Source: Clostridia bacterium
GTDB lineage: Bacteria; Bacillota; Clostridia; UMGS1883; UMGS1540
NCBI GenBank assembly: GCA_017620205.1
Contig: JAFZQX010000010.1
Coordinates: 5,534 to 69,533, forward strand
DNA: 64,000 bases
Direction: 5' to 3'
The notes below the pieces were generated by a model. It was given only the letters and a program-made list of their open reading frames with translations, was not told where the DNA came from and ran no database searches. This document shows, piece after piece, positions 1-8,301 of the stretch. Position numbers and translations under genes: made by a program. Every line of letters starts with the position of its first letter. The stretch's first letter is position 1.

Positions 1-1
1 T

Positions 2-898
2 CCGACTACGGGCGTAACTCTGAATAAGAGTACATTAACCCTTAAGAAGGGCGATAAGGAAACGCTGGTTGCGACGGTTGAACCGTCAAATGCAACGGAT
101 AAGAGTATTAATTGGCGCACGTCTGATACTTCCGTTGTTACGGTTTCAAACGGAATTGTAACCGCTGTCGGTGCCGGTACGGCTAAAGTTTATGCACGTA
201 CTGTAGACGGCGAAGTTGCAGCATGTCAGGTTACGGTAACAGACGGCACTGTGCAGCCGCCCGTAAGTAACGGGCCTGTGATAATCGTATCAAATGCGAC
301 CGGTTCGCCGGGCAAGACGGTAAATGTAACTGTTGATATTTCCGGCAACAAAGGTTTTGCAAACCTAGGTATCGAAGTTTCTTATGATAAATCTGTTATG
401 ACGCTTACATCTGCTGCAAATAACACAAACATAGGTGCAACATATACTGCGGCACAGTACATATCTGCAAATCCATATAATATGATATGGGACAGCGCAA
501 CAAGCAATATAACATTTAACGGAACGCTTGCCACACTCACGTTCAGTATAAAAGAAAATGCGGCCGACGGTGTATATCCGATATCAGTAAAATATTACAA
601 AGGTATAAACGGTAACTACCAAGATGGTGTTGACGTAAATTATGATTCTAATTTCAATGCGCTTGGATTAAGCTATGTGCCGGGTGAAATAAAAGTTTCA
701 CAACATACGCCCGGCGATATTAACGGTGACGGCAGGGTAAATAATCAGGACGGAACATATCTTCTCCGTTACCTTGCAGGTTGGACTGTTGATATTGTTG
801 AGGAAGCACTTGATGTAAACGGTGACGGAAGAATAAACAATCAGGATGGAACAGTGCTTCTGCGATATCTTGCAGGTTGGTCAATTGACATTCATTAA
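2..898 (+). CDS. Surface protein with Big_2 Ig-like domain, cohesin domain and C-terminal type I dockerin; partial at 5' end, reading frame open from the window start
   Basis: Frame 2 is open from base 2. Big_2-like N-terminus (VTLNKSTLTLKKGDKETLVATVEPSNATDKSINW). Cohesin-like beta-sandwich pattern (SPGKTVNVTVDISGNKGFANLGIEVSYDKSVMTL). Two dockerin Ca-binding repeats (DINGDGRVNNQDGTYLLRYLAGW and DVNGDGRINNQDGTVLLRYLAGW). Confidence 0.6.
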   Translation, partial: PTTGVTLNKSTLTLKKGDKETLVATVEPSNATDKSINWRTSDTSVVTVSNGIVTAVGAGTAKVYARTVDGEVAACQVTVTDGTVQPPVSNGPVIIVSNATGSPGKTVNVTVDISGNKGFANLGIEVSYDKSVMTLTSAANNTNIGATYTAAQYISANPYNMIWDSATSNITFNGTLATLTFSIKENAADGVYPISVKYYKGINGNYQDGVDVNYDSNFNALGLSYVPGEIKVSQHTPGDINGDGRVNNQDGTYLLRYLAGWTVDIVEEALDVNGDGRINNQDGTVLLRYLAGWSIDIH

Positions 899-914
899 GG
901 GAGGCAGTTAAAAA

Positions 915-1700
915 ATGAAAAAGTGTTCGGCAACAGTTATTATTTGTTTTTTGTTATTATCACTGTTTAACATAAATGTATTTGCTGCCAAAACGAATAT
1001 TAGCATAGGAACAATATCATGCGAGATTGGCGAAATGGTAAGTGTGCCGGTAGAAATTTCAGGTAACACCGGTTTTTCAAACCTTGGCATCGAAATAGGG
1101 TATGACAGCAGCTCTTTGATTCTTAAAAGCGTTACGCCCGGTAATGTAGGGGCAACATACACAGCAGCGCAAAGCATGTCGGAAAACCCATATAATATGA
1201 TATGGGACAGCGCAACAAGCAATATAACATTTAACGGAACGCTTGCAACGCTGACGTTTGAGGTTTTTCAAGATGCCGCACCGGGAAATTACCCCATTAC
1301 GGTAAGCTTCTATAAAGGTAGAGACGGCGATTATATAGACGGTACGGATGTAAACTATGACGGGAATTACGAACCGCTGAGCATTGCATATAACAATGGA
1401 CTTTTGAAGGTAAAAGATTCGGAGAACAAGAACAGCATAACGGTTTCCAAAGTTCAAACCGGCAGCACGCTCAATGTTAAAGCAAACCTTGAGTCTGATG
1501 AAAGTGTGAACGGCATGGTAATAGCTGCTCTGTTCGATTTAAACGGCAGACTCATTAAAGTTAAATCTTGTGAAGCTGAAAGCGAAGTTGATTTTTCGTT
1601 CAGTAACACAAAAGACGCTGCGTTTGTTAGAGTTTTCTGGTGGGACAGCGTTGAAGGGTTAAAACCCAAATCAAGCAAAGTAATTGAAAATCTGAAATAA
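915..1700 (+). CDS. Secreted cohesin-domain protein (signal peptide plus cohesin plus unknown C-terminal domain)
   Basis: N-terminal signal peptide (MKKCSATVIICFLLLSLFNINVFA). Cohesin-like domain paralogous to the upstream gene, sharing NPYNMIWDSATSNITFNGTLATLTF. RBS GGGAGG sits upstream. Confidence 0.55.
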   Translation: MKKCSATVIICFLLLSLFNINVFAAKTNISIGTISCEIGEMVSVPVEISGNTGFSNLGIEIGYDSSSLILKSVTPGNVGATYTAAQSMSENPYNMIWDSATSNITFNGTLATLTFEVFQDAAPGNYPITVSFYKGRDGDYIDGTDVNYDGNYEPLSIAYNNGLLKVKDSENKNSITVSKVQTGSTLNVKANLESDESVNGMVIAALFDLNGRLIKVKSCEAESEVDFSFSNTKDAAFVRVFWWDSVEGLKPKSSKVIENLK

Positions 1701-1744
1701 CATTTCGCAGCCCTGACTGTAGTTTAATAAAACCAATCAACAAA

Positions 1745-1782
1745 CAATACAAAAACCACTCTGATTTTCAGAGTGGTTTTTT
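1745..1782. terminator. Bidirectional rho-independent terminator between convergent genes
   Basis: Hairpin aaaaccactctga-ttt-tcagagtggtttttt, flanked by an A-run and a T-run. Confidence 0.6.
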
Positions 1783-1797
1783 GCGTAAATTAATATA

Positions 1798-2712
1798 CTA
1801 ATTGTTTTTTGGGGGCAATACAAATTCTTTGCCCAAAATAAAATCAAACTCATCGGGGTCAAATTCTATATAGCCGCTGCCGTTAAAAAACGTAAGCTCG
1901 CCGAAAGTGATTTGATCGTTTTCGCAGAAAAGGTCAACTCTTACATGCGGAAAACGCGCCGAAAGCTTTTCGGCAATTTCAAGCATTTTATCAAATTTTT
2001 GGGGTTTTTCAATAAGATGCACAGGCTTGCCCTCGCCTACACGGTAGTAGGGAAGAAGGTTATAATCCCTGTCGTAAATGCCTATCTCGGCGTCCTGACC
2101 CAACCGTCTGTTTGTTATAACATAAACATATTTGCATTTGCCGCCGAAACAGAAAAATTTAAAATCGGTAAGTCCCATATCGCTTGCGGCTTCGATATAT
2201 TTTTCGCAGATTATTCTGTGCCTCGGCTTGCCCGAATAGTAAACCCATTCTCTGCCGCCGCTTTTTACGGGCTTTGTGTTTACCCAATACTGCATTTGTT
2301 TTTTGAAAGATTCGATATCGGCTTTTTCTTTGTCCGTGCAAATTATAACGGAGCTGCCGCCGCCGCCCAGAGTGTCCTTTAAAACAAACTTTTCAGGCAG
2401 GACTGAAAAATCAATCTCACCGGGATCCGCGTAAACGCCGTAACATTCGTTTAAGATTTCAGGGAATCCCTGCTCTTTAACATATTCTCTTACATCAAAT
2501 TTATCGGCGCACTGCGCCATAACGCTGTCGCGGTAATAAAGCTTATACCATTGAAGCTTTTCTGTATATCTTTCGGGATCTTTAAGGTTTAGTTTCCGTC
2601 CCGTCTTAATTTTGTATTGAAGCTTTATCATGGCTTTATCGGGAATGAAAGACAAAATATCAAGTATAGCCATGCGAAGCTTGCGGCTTTTCAATACCTT
2701 TTTGTAATCCAT
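1798..2712 (-). CDS. ATP-grasp fold (TupA-like) amidoligase family protein
   Basis: 304 aa. The KLQWYKLYYRD motif and overall pattern are typical of TupA-like ATP-grasp proteins. It is the last gene of the minus-strand operon with ispE. Confidence 0.45.
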   Translation of the reverse strand: MDYKKVLKSRKLRMAILDILSFIPDKAMIKLQYKIKTGRKLNLKDPERYTEKLQWYKLYYRDSVMAQCADKFDVREYVKEQGFPEILNECYGVYADPGEIDFSVLPEKFVLKDTLGGGGSSVIICTDKEKADIESFKKQMQYWVNTKPVKSGGREWVYYSGKPRHRIICEKYIEAASDMGLTDFKFFCFGGKCKYVYVITNRRLGQDAEIGIYDRDYNLLPYYRVGEGKPVHLIEKPQKFDKMLEIAEKLSARFPHVRVDLFCENDQITFGELTFFNGSGYIEFDPDEFDFILGKEFVLPPKNN

Positions 2713-2715
2713 GGT

Positions 2716-3597
2716 TTACTCACCTGCAATAATATCGTTTACGGGCACTGTCAAAAACGAAGCTATTTTCATGCGGCTGAATTTCTTTTTTGCTTTTTCG
2801 GCTTTTTCACTGTCCGTAAAAATGCCGAAAACAGCGCTTCCGCTGCCGGTCATAACGCTGCCCAAAGCGCCGCATTCAAGCATTATGCCCTTATACTTAT
2901 TAAGTTCTTTATAGTAAGGAGCAACAGCATTTTCCAAAACGTTATAAAGCCTTACGGAAATTTCATGCAGGTTGCCGCTGTCAAGACATTTTATTATCTC
3001 GTCCGTTTTCGGATGCATTGTGCTTACCGTTTTGTCGTAATCCGCAAAAGCGGATTTTGTGTTTATTGACATTTTCGGTTTTACAATTAAAATATGGCAG
3101 TCGGGGAGAGGGGACAAAGGCGTAAGTATTTCGCCGAGACCTTCCGCAAGACACGTGCCGCCCGTCATGCAGAAAGGCACGTCCGCGCCGCAGCGAAGTC
3201 CTATTTCGAGCAGCTTTTCTTTTCCTAAAGGACTGCCGTAAATACCGTTTAACGCAAACAGCGTTGCTGCCGCGTCCGCGCTGCCGCCTGCAAGGCCCGC
3301 GCCCATGGGAATATTCTTTTCAATATCTATTTTAATTCCGTCTTTTTTATTCAGTTCGGACAGAAAGTATTCAGCCGCGAGATATGCTATATTGCGCCTG
3401 TCTGTCGCGAGGTATGAAAGATTTGTTGAAACTTCTATACTGTCGCCGTCTGTTTTTTCTACGGTGACCTTGTCATAAAGACTGACGGACTGCATTATTG
3501 ATTTTAAAAGATGGTAACCGTCATCACGTCTGCCGGCAATATCGAGCGACAGATTTATTTTAGCATACGCCCTGATACTTTTTTTCGGATAATTCAT
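2716..3597 (-). CDS. ispE: 4-diphosphocytidyl-2-C-methyl-D-erythritol kinase
   Basis: GHMP kinase motifs (AKINLSLDI, PMGAGLAGGSADAAA). 293 aa. Confidence 0.85.
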   Translation of the reverse strand: MNYPKKSIRAYAKINLSLDIAGRRDDGYHLLKSIMQSVSLYDKVTVEKTDGDSIEVSTNLSYLATDRRNIAYLAAEYFLSELNKKDGIKIDIEKNIPMGAGLAGGSADAAATLFALNGIYGSPLGKEKLLEIGLRCGADVPFCMTGGTCLAEGLGEILTPLSPLPDCHILIVKPKMSINTKSAFADYDKTVSTMHPKTDEIIKCLDSGNLHEISVRLYNVLENAVAPYYKELNKYKGIMLECGALGSVMTGSGSAVFGIFTDSEKAEKAKKKFSRMKIASFLTVPVNDIIAGE

Positions 3598-3598
3598 A

Positions 3599-4597
3599 TC
3601 AGCTTAAATTTTCCTTTTCACTTTTTTTGTCGCGGAGCATAAGCTTTAAAACCGCGTCGCGCGGCGGCATTTCTTCAAATAAGATCTCGTACGCCGCGTG
3701 CGTAATCGGCATTGAAACGCCGTATTTTTCCGAAAGCGCATAGGCTATTTCGGTAGCGTAAACGCCTTCGACAACCATCTGAACTTTTTCCTGCGCCTCT
3801 TTGGGCGATATGCCCTGACCGATGAGCAGCCCCGCGCGCCTGTTTCTCGAATGCATACTCGTGCAGGTAACGATAAGGTCGCCAACACCGGAAAGACCGG
3901 AAAACGTGTGCGGATCAGCGCCCATTGATGCGCCGAGACGTGAAATTTCGGCAAGACCGCGCGTCATCAAAGCTGCTTTTGTGTTGTCTCCGAGCCCAAG
4001 CCCGTCCGATATACCCGCGCAGAGCGCTATAACGTTTTTAAGCGCCGCGCCCACTTCAACGCCTATCACATCGTCATTTGTATAAACGCGGAAATAGTCG
4101 TTCATAAACGTGTCCTGAACAAGCTCCGCCGCTTTTTTGTCTTTTGAAGCCGCGACAATAGTTGTAGGGATTTGCCGCGCAACCTCTTCCGCGTGCGAAG
4201 GACCGCTTAAAACAACAACGGGGTTATTAAGGTGCACCGCAATGGCTTCCGAGAGGCGCATAAGACCTGTTTTTTCAAAGCCTTTCGCAACGTTTACGAT
4301 GGGGACGGCAGGGTTTGCAAATCTCTTAAACTGCTCCGCCGTTTTAAAAACCGCGTGCGACGGCACGGCGAATATGTATAAATCCGCGTCTGCAGCGGTT
4401 TGTAAATCGTATGTATAGCTGATATTCTCTGGTAGCTCTATACCGGGGAGACACGCCTTGTTTTCGCGCGCCGCGGCTAAAGAGTCGCTCTCTTCTTTTT
4501 TCCACGACCAAAGCGTTACGGAAAAGCCTTTTTCCGCAAGCAGTTTTGCGATGGCGCAGCCCCAGCTGCCCGAGCCTATAACTGAAATCTTTTTCAT
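3599..4597 (-). CDS. gpsA: NAD(P)H-dependent glycerol-3-phosphate dehydrogenase
   Basis: N-terminal Rossmann motif (ISVIGSGSWGCAIAKLL). 332 aa, with typical GpsA conservation. Confidence 0.85.
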   Translation of the reverse strand: MKKISVIGSGSWGCAIAKLLAEKGFSVTLWSWKKEESDSLAAARENKACLPGIELPENISYTYDLQTAADADLYIFAVPSHAVFKTAEQFKRFANPAVPIVNVAKGFEKTGLMRLSEAIAVHLNNPVVVLSGPSHAEEVARQIPTTIVAASKDKKAAELVQDTFMNDYFRVYTNDDVIGVEVGAALKNVIALCAGISDGLGLGDNTKAALMTRGLAEISRLGASMGADPHTFSGLSGVGDLIVTCTSMHSRNRRAGLLIGQGISPKEAQEKVQMVVEGVYATEIAYALSEKYGVSMPITHAAYEILFEEMPPRDAVLKLMLRDKKSEKENLS

Positions 4598-4603
4598 TTT
4601 GTG

Positions 4604-5215
4604 TTATCCTTCCTTTTTGCTGAAGCTGAGTTTTCTCTCGTTGCCTTCAATAAGTCTCTTTATATTAGCGTGGTGTCTTATTATAACAAGCACCGCAAGG
4701 CATGTCATAAAAATAAGAATTGCACTATTTTCTCTGTTGTAGAAGAAGCATATAATGGGCAGGGAAACTGCGCCGAGTATTGATCCGAGCGATACGTATT
4801 TTGTAAGCGCTATAACCACAACGCCGATTAAAAGCGCCAAAAGCGCAGGAATGGGCTGTAAAACGAGAGCAACCGCAAACGATGTCAAAACACCTTTGCC
4901 GCCGCGAAAACCGTAGTACAGCGGGAAATTGTGTCCCAAAACAGCGCCCGCGCCCGCACATACATCTGCATACGGCACATCTTTAAATATAAGGCGCGCC
5001 AAAAGCACAGATATGACGCCTTTTAATATATCGACAATAAGCGTAACTGCCGCCGCGCCCTTGCCGAGCGAGCGCAGAGTGTTTGTTGTGCCGGCGTTGC
5101 CGCTTCCCATCTCTCTTATATCTTTGCCGCGGCTTTTTGATATGATAATGGAAGCGTTAATACTTCCCAAAAGATAACCCATTAAAGCAGCCAAAACTGC
5201 TAAGAATATTTTCAT
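4604..5215 (-). CDS. plsY: Glycerol-3-phosphate acyltransferase PlsY
   Basis: 203 aa membrane protein with the GSGNAGTTN motif. Its start overlaps the der stop (ATGA). Confidence 0.85.
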   Translation of the reverse strand: MKIFLAVLAALMGYLLGSINASIIISKSRGKDIREMGSGNAGTTNTLRSLGKGAAAVTLIVDILKGVISVLLARLIFKDVPYADVCAGAGAVLGHNFPLYYGFRGGKGVLTSFAVALVLQPIPALLALLIGVVVIALTKYVSLGSILGAVSLPIICFFYNRENSAILIFMTCLAVLVIIRHHANIKRLIEGNERKLSFSKKEG

Positions 5216-6540
5216 TGCTTTTCTCCGTTTCTTTCTCTGATTATAAATCTTACGGGCGTACCCGTGAGCCCGAACGTTTCGCGGATTCTGTTTTCAATGT
5301 AGCGCACATATGAAAAATGCGCAAGCGTCGCGTCGTTTACAAAAAGGATGAAGGTAGGCGGCTTTGTTCCTGCCTGCGTCATATAATAGATTTTAAGGCG
5401 CTTGCCCTTATCGGACGGCGGCTGAACCTTTGCCGTAGCGTCGTTTAAAACGTCGTTTAAAGTGCCCGTTGAAATGCGGCGCGTATTTTGCACATAAACT
5501 TCTTTTACTCTCTCAAACAGATTATCTATTCTCTGGCCCGTTTTGGCGGAGATAAACTCAATGGGCGCGTACTGCATAAAGCTGAGTTTATCGTATACGT
5601 TTCTTTTAAATTCGCCCATTGTTTTTGTGTCTTTTTCTACTGCGTCCCATTTATTAACGGCAACAACAATGCCCTTGCCGCCCTCGTGCGCGTAGCCCGC
5701 GATTTTCGCGTCCTGCTCGCTGACGCCCTCTTCGCCGTCTATCATAATAAGCGCGACGTCGCTTCTCTCAAGAGCCGCCAGAGCGCGGATGACGCTGAAA
5801 CGCTCAATGTTGTCGGTCACCTTGCTTTTGCGGCGTATTCCCGCCGTATCTATGAAAATATACTTTGTCCCGTCTTTTTCAAAATATGAGTCAATAGCGT
5901 CGCGCGTTGTACCCGCTACGCCGCTTACTATCATTCTGTTTTCGCCTAAAATTTTGTTTATAAGAGAGCTTTTGCCTGCGTTCGGCTTTCCTATAACGGC
6001 AACTTTTATATCGCCCTCAGCTGTTTCGTCTTCTCCCTCTTCGGGGAAGTATTTGAAAACCTCGTCAAGCAAATCGCCTACACCCATTCCGTGAATTGAT
6101 GAAACGGGCATGGGCTCGCCTAAACCGAGGTTATAAAATTCGTATAAAGACATCGGCGGCTCACCGGGGGAGTCTACCTTGTTGCATGCTACAACAATAG
6201 GCTTTGAAGCCTTCTGAAGCATTGCGGCAACTTCCATGTCTGACGCCGTCATGCCGTCACGCGAGTCAACAACCAAAACGGTTACGTCGGCTGTGTCTAT
6301 GGCTATCTCCGCCTGCACGCGCATCTCGGCTAAAACCGCGTCGCCGCCCGCGGGCTCAATACCGCCCGTATCGATTATAATAAACTGTCTGCCGTTCCAC
6401 TCCGCGTCTGCGTAAATTCTGTCCCTCGTTATGCCGGGAGTGTCCTCGACAATCGAGATGCGTTTGCCCGCTATTTTATTAAAAAGAGTTGATTTTCCTA
6501 CATTCGGGCGACCTACAATCGCCACAATCGGTTTTGCCAT
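5212..6540 (-). CDS. der: Ribosome-associated GTPase Der (EngA), two GTP-binding domains
   Basis: Two G-domains (GRPNVGKSTLFN and GKPNAGKSSLIN) plus a KH-like C-terminus. Start chosen at the ATG giving MAKPIVAIVG, with RBS AAGGA upstream; the ORF-track start at 6555 is 5 codons longer. Confidence 0.85.
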   Translation of the reverse strand: MAKPIVAIVGRPNVGKSTLFNKIAGKRISIVEDTPGITRDRIYADAEWNGRQFIIIDTGGIEPAGGDAVLAEMRVQAEIAIDTADVTVLVVDSRDGMTASDMEVAAMLQKASKPIVVACNKVDSPGEPPMSLYEFYNLGLGEPMPVSSIHGMGVGDLLDEVFKYFPEEGEDETAEGDIKVAVIGKPNAGKSSLINKILGENRMIVSGVAGTTRDAIDSYFEKDGTKYIFIDTAGIRRKSKVTDNIERFSVIRALAALERSDVALIMIDGEEGVSEQDAKIAGYAHEGGKGIVVAVNKWDAVEKDTKTMGEFKRNVYDKLSFMQYAPIEFISAKTGQRIDNLFERVKEVYVQNTRRISTGTLNDVLNDATAKVQPPSDKGKRLKIYYMTQAGTKPPTFILFVNDATLAHFSYVRYIENRIRETFGLTGTPVRFIIRERNGEKQ

Positions 6541-6551
6541 AATCTGTCCTT

Positions 6552-7847
6552 TCAATCACCTTTGATTTTATCCCATAAATCGTATCCCGAGCAGTCGGTA
6601 ACTATAATATCGGCGCCGAGCGCTTCGCGAACGTTTGTAACCGTGGTGTCGTCTAAAAACGTTTCCGTTCCGTGACGGAGCATAACGCTCGGTATCAAAA
6701 CGCGCCGGCTTTTTATTTTCCCCTTAAGCTGTTTTATAATGTCGCCGCCCGTTATAAGACCTGCAACGGTTATCCTCTCGCCGAAGAAATCGTTGCGCAC
6801 CGTGTGCACCGCTATATCCATATTATTATATCGCGTTTTTGCCATGTTTGCAAGCTTTTTTATCTCATCTCCCGCCGCCATTCCGGTTATAATATCGGCG
6901 GCCGCAGAGCCTTTGGGAGCGCTGTTTAAAGCATCCGAAAATTCATCGTGCATACTGCGTATGAGTCCCACTCCGTTTTCGATTTGGTGATACCCTTCGT
7001 ATTCTTCCTCTGCGGGGATGGGGTATCCCGCCGAAAGATAAAACTCGTCCGCACCGTAAATAAAGCGCGTCCCGAGCTTATTAAGGCAGTCCTTCTGCAT
7101 TTTTAAAATATCGTTTAAAACTGTCTTGCTGTCCTCTTTTTCAAAAGGCTGTGCGCAGTACAGGTTTTCGCGGAATTTCGTTATTCCCATAGGCACAGCC
7201 GAAACGCTTGTGACATAGGGGTAGAGTGACGCAAGATCGCTTACCGTTTTGTAAAACTCCGCACCGTCGTTTACGCCTTTGACGAGAACTATCTGGCAGT
7301 TCATATGTATGTGTCCCGAAGCGAGGCGCCGCATCTGCTCCATTATCCTCTCCGCCTTCGGGTTTTTAAGCATAAACTTGCGCAGACACGGGTTAGTAGT
7401 GTGAACGGATACGTTTATAGGCTCCATGTGCATGCGGATGATTTTATCGAGATCGCTGTCCTTTGCATTTGTCAGCGTTACGTAATTTCCCGTAAGAAAA
7501 GAAAGGCGTGAATCGTCGTCTTTAAAATAGAGGGATTCGCGCATGCCGCGGGGGAGCTGGTCGATAAAGCAGAAAATGCACTTGTTTGCGCAATGCTTTG
7601 CACCGCCGAAAAGCGCGCTTTCGAAAATAACGCCCAGTTCCTCGCCGTACGGATTTTCAATTTCTATTATTTCGCGCTCGCCGCCCGTAATAACTTCAAG
7701 CTCAATTACTTCGCCGCAGAAATAGAATCTCAAATCCAGCTCATCTTCAATTTTATGGCCGTTGCAGGAAACAATTTCGTCTCCCGGCTGAAGACCGAGT
7801 TCCTCGGCAATACTGCCGGGCTCGACAGCCTGAATTTTGTTATTCAC
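6552..7847 (-). CDS. PDZ domain plus DUF512 (radical-SAM-like) protein
   Basis: N-terminal PDZ-like segment (GSIAEELGLQPGDEIVSCNG) and a Cys cluster (CANKCIFCF). This is the conserved position upstream of der in Clostridia. Confidence 0.6.
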   Translation of the reverse strand: MNNKIQAVEPGSIAEELGLQPGDEIVSCNGHKIEDELDLRFYFCGEVIELEVITGGEREIIEIENPYGEELGVIFESALFGGAKHCANKCIFCFIDQLPRGMRESLYFKDDDSRLSFLTGNYVTLTNAKDSDLDKIIRMHMEPINVSVHTTNPCLRKFMLKNPKAERIMEQMRRLASGHIHMNCQIVLVKGVNDGAEFYKTVSDLASLYPYVTSVSAVPMGITKFRENLYCAQPFEKEDSKTVLNDILKMQKDCLNKLGTRFIYGADEFYLSAGYPIPAEEEYEGYHQIENGVGLIRSMHDEFSDALNSAPKGSAAADIITGMAAGDEIKKLANMAKTRYNNMDIAVHTVRNDFFGERITVAGLITGGDIIKQLKGKIKSRRVLIPSVMLRHGTETFLDDTTVTNVREALGADIIVTDCSGYDLWDKIKGD

Positions 7848-8301
7848 GGGTATTCTCCTTAAGTCTTCTGTCTATATCGCGTTTAGCGTCGCGCTGAGCC
7901 ATTGCCTCGCGCTTGTCATACTGTTTCTTACCTTTGCAAAGACCTATCTCCATCTTAACTCTGCTGCCCTTAAAATATAAAGATAAAGGGATAATGGTGC
8001 AGCCTTCTCTCTGCACCTGACCGAAAAGCTTTAAAATCTCTTTTTTGTGCATCAAAAGCTTTTTGTCACGCATTGGGTCTTTGTTGAATATGTTGCCGTG
8101 CTCGTATGGCGTTACATGAACGCCCGTCGCAAATATCTCACCGTTTTTAATTTCGCAGTAGCTGTCCTTAAGGTTTACTTTGCCCGCACGGATAGATTTA
8201 ACTTCCGTGCCGAACAGCTCAACTCCCGCCTCATATTTATCTAAAACAAAATAGTCGTGATACGCTTTTTTGTTGTTTGCTATAGTTTTATTATCCATCA
8301 T
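7840..8301 (-). CDS. smpB: SsrA-binding protein SmpB
   Basis: 153 aa. Matches the SmpB consensus (KTIANNKKAYHDYFVLDKYEAGVELFGTEVKSIRAGKVNLKDSY). Confidence 0.9.
   Translation of the reverse strand: MMDNKTIANNKKAYHDYFVLDKYEAGVELFGTEVKSIRAGKVNLKDSYCEIKNGEIFATGVHVTPYEHGNIFNKDPMRDKKLLMHKKEILKLFGQVQREGCTIIPLSLYFKGSRVKMEIGLCKGKKQYDKREAMAQRDAKRDIDRRLKENTRE

Noticed and set aside
1077-2382. Antisense and overlapping ORFs within the cohesin and ATP-grasp genes (1077-1457, 1454-1678, 1912-2382, 2159-2341)
   Set aside because: They overlap better-supported genes on the opposite strand and carry no RBS or domain signal.
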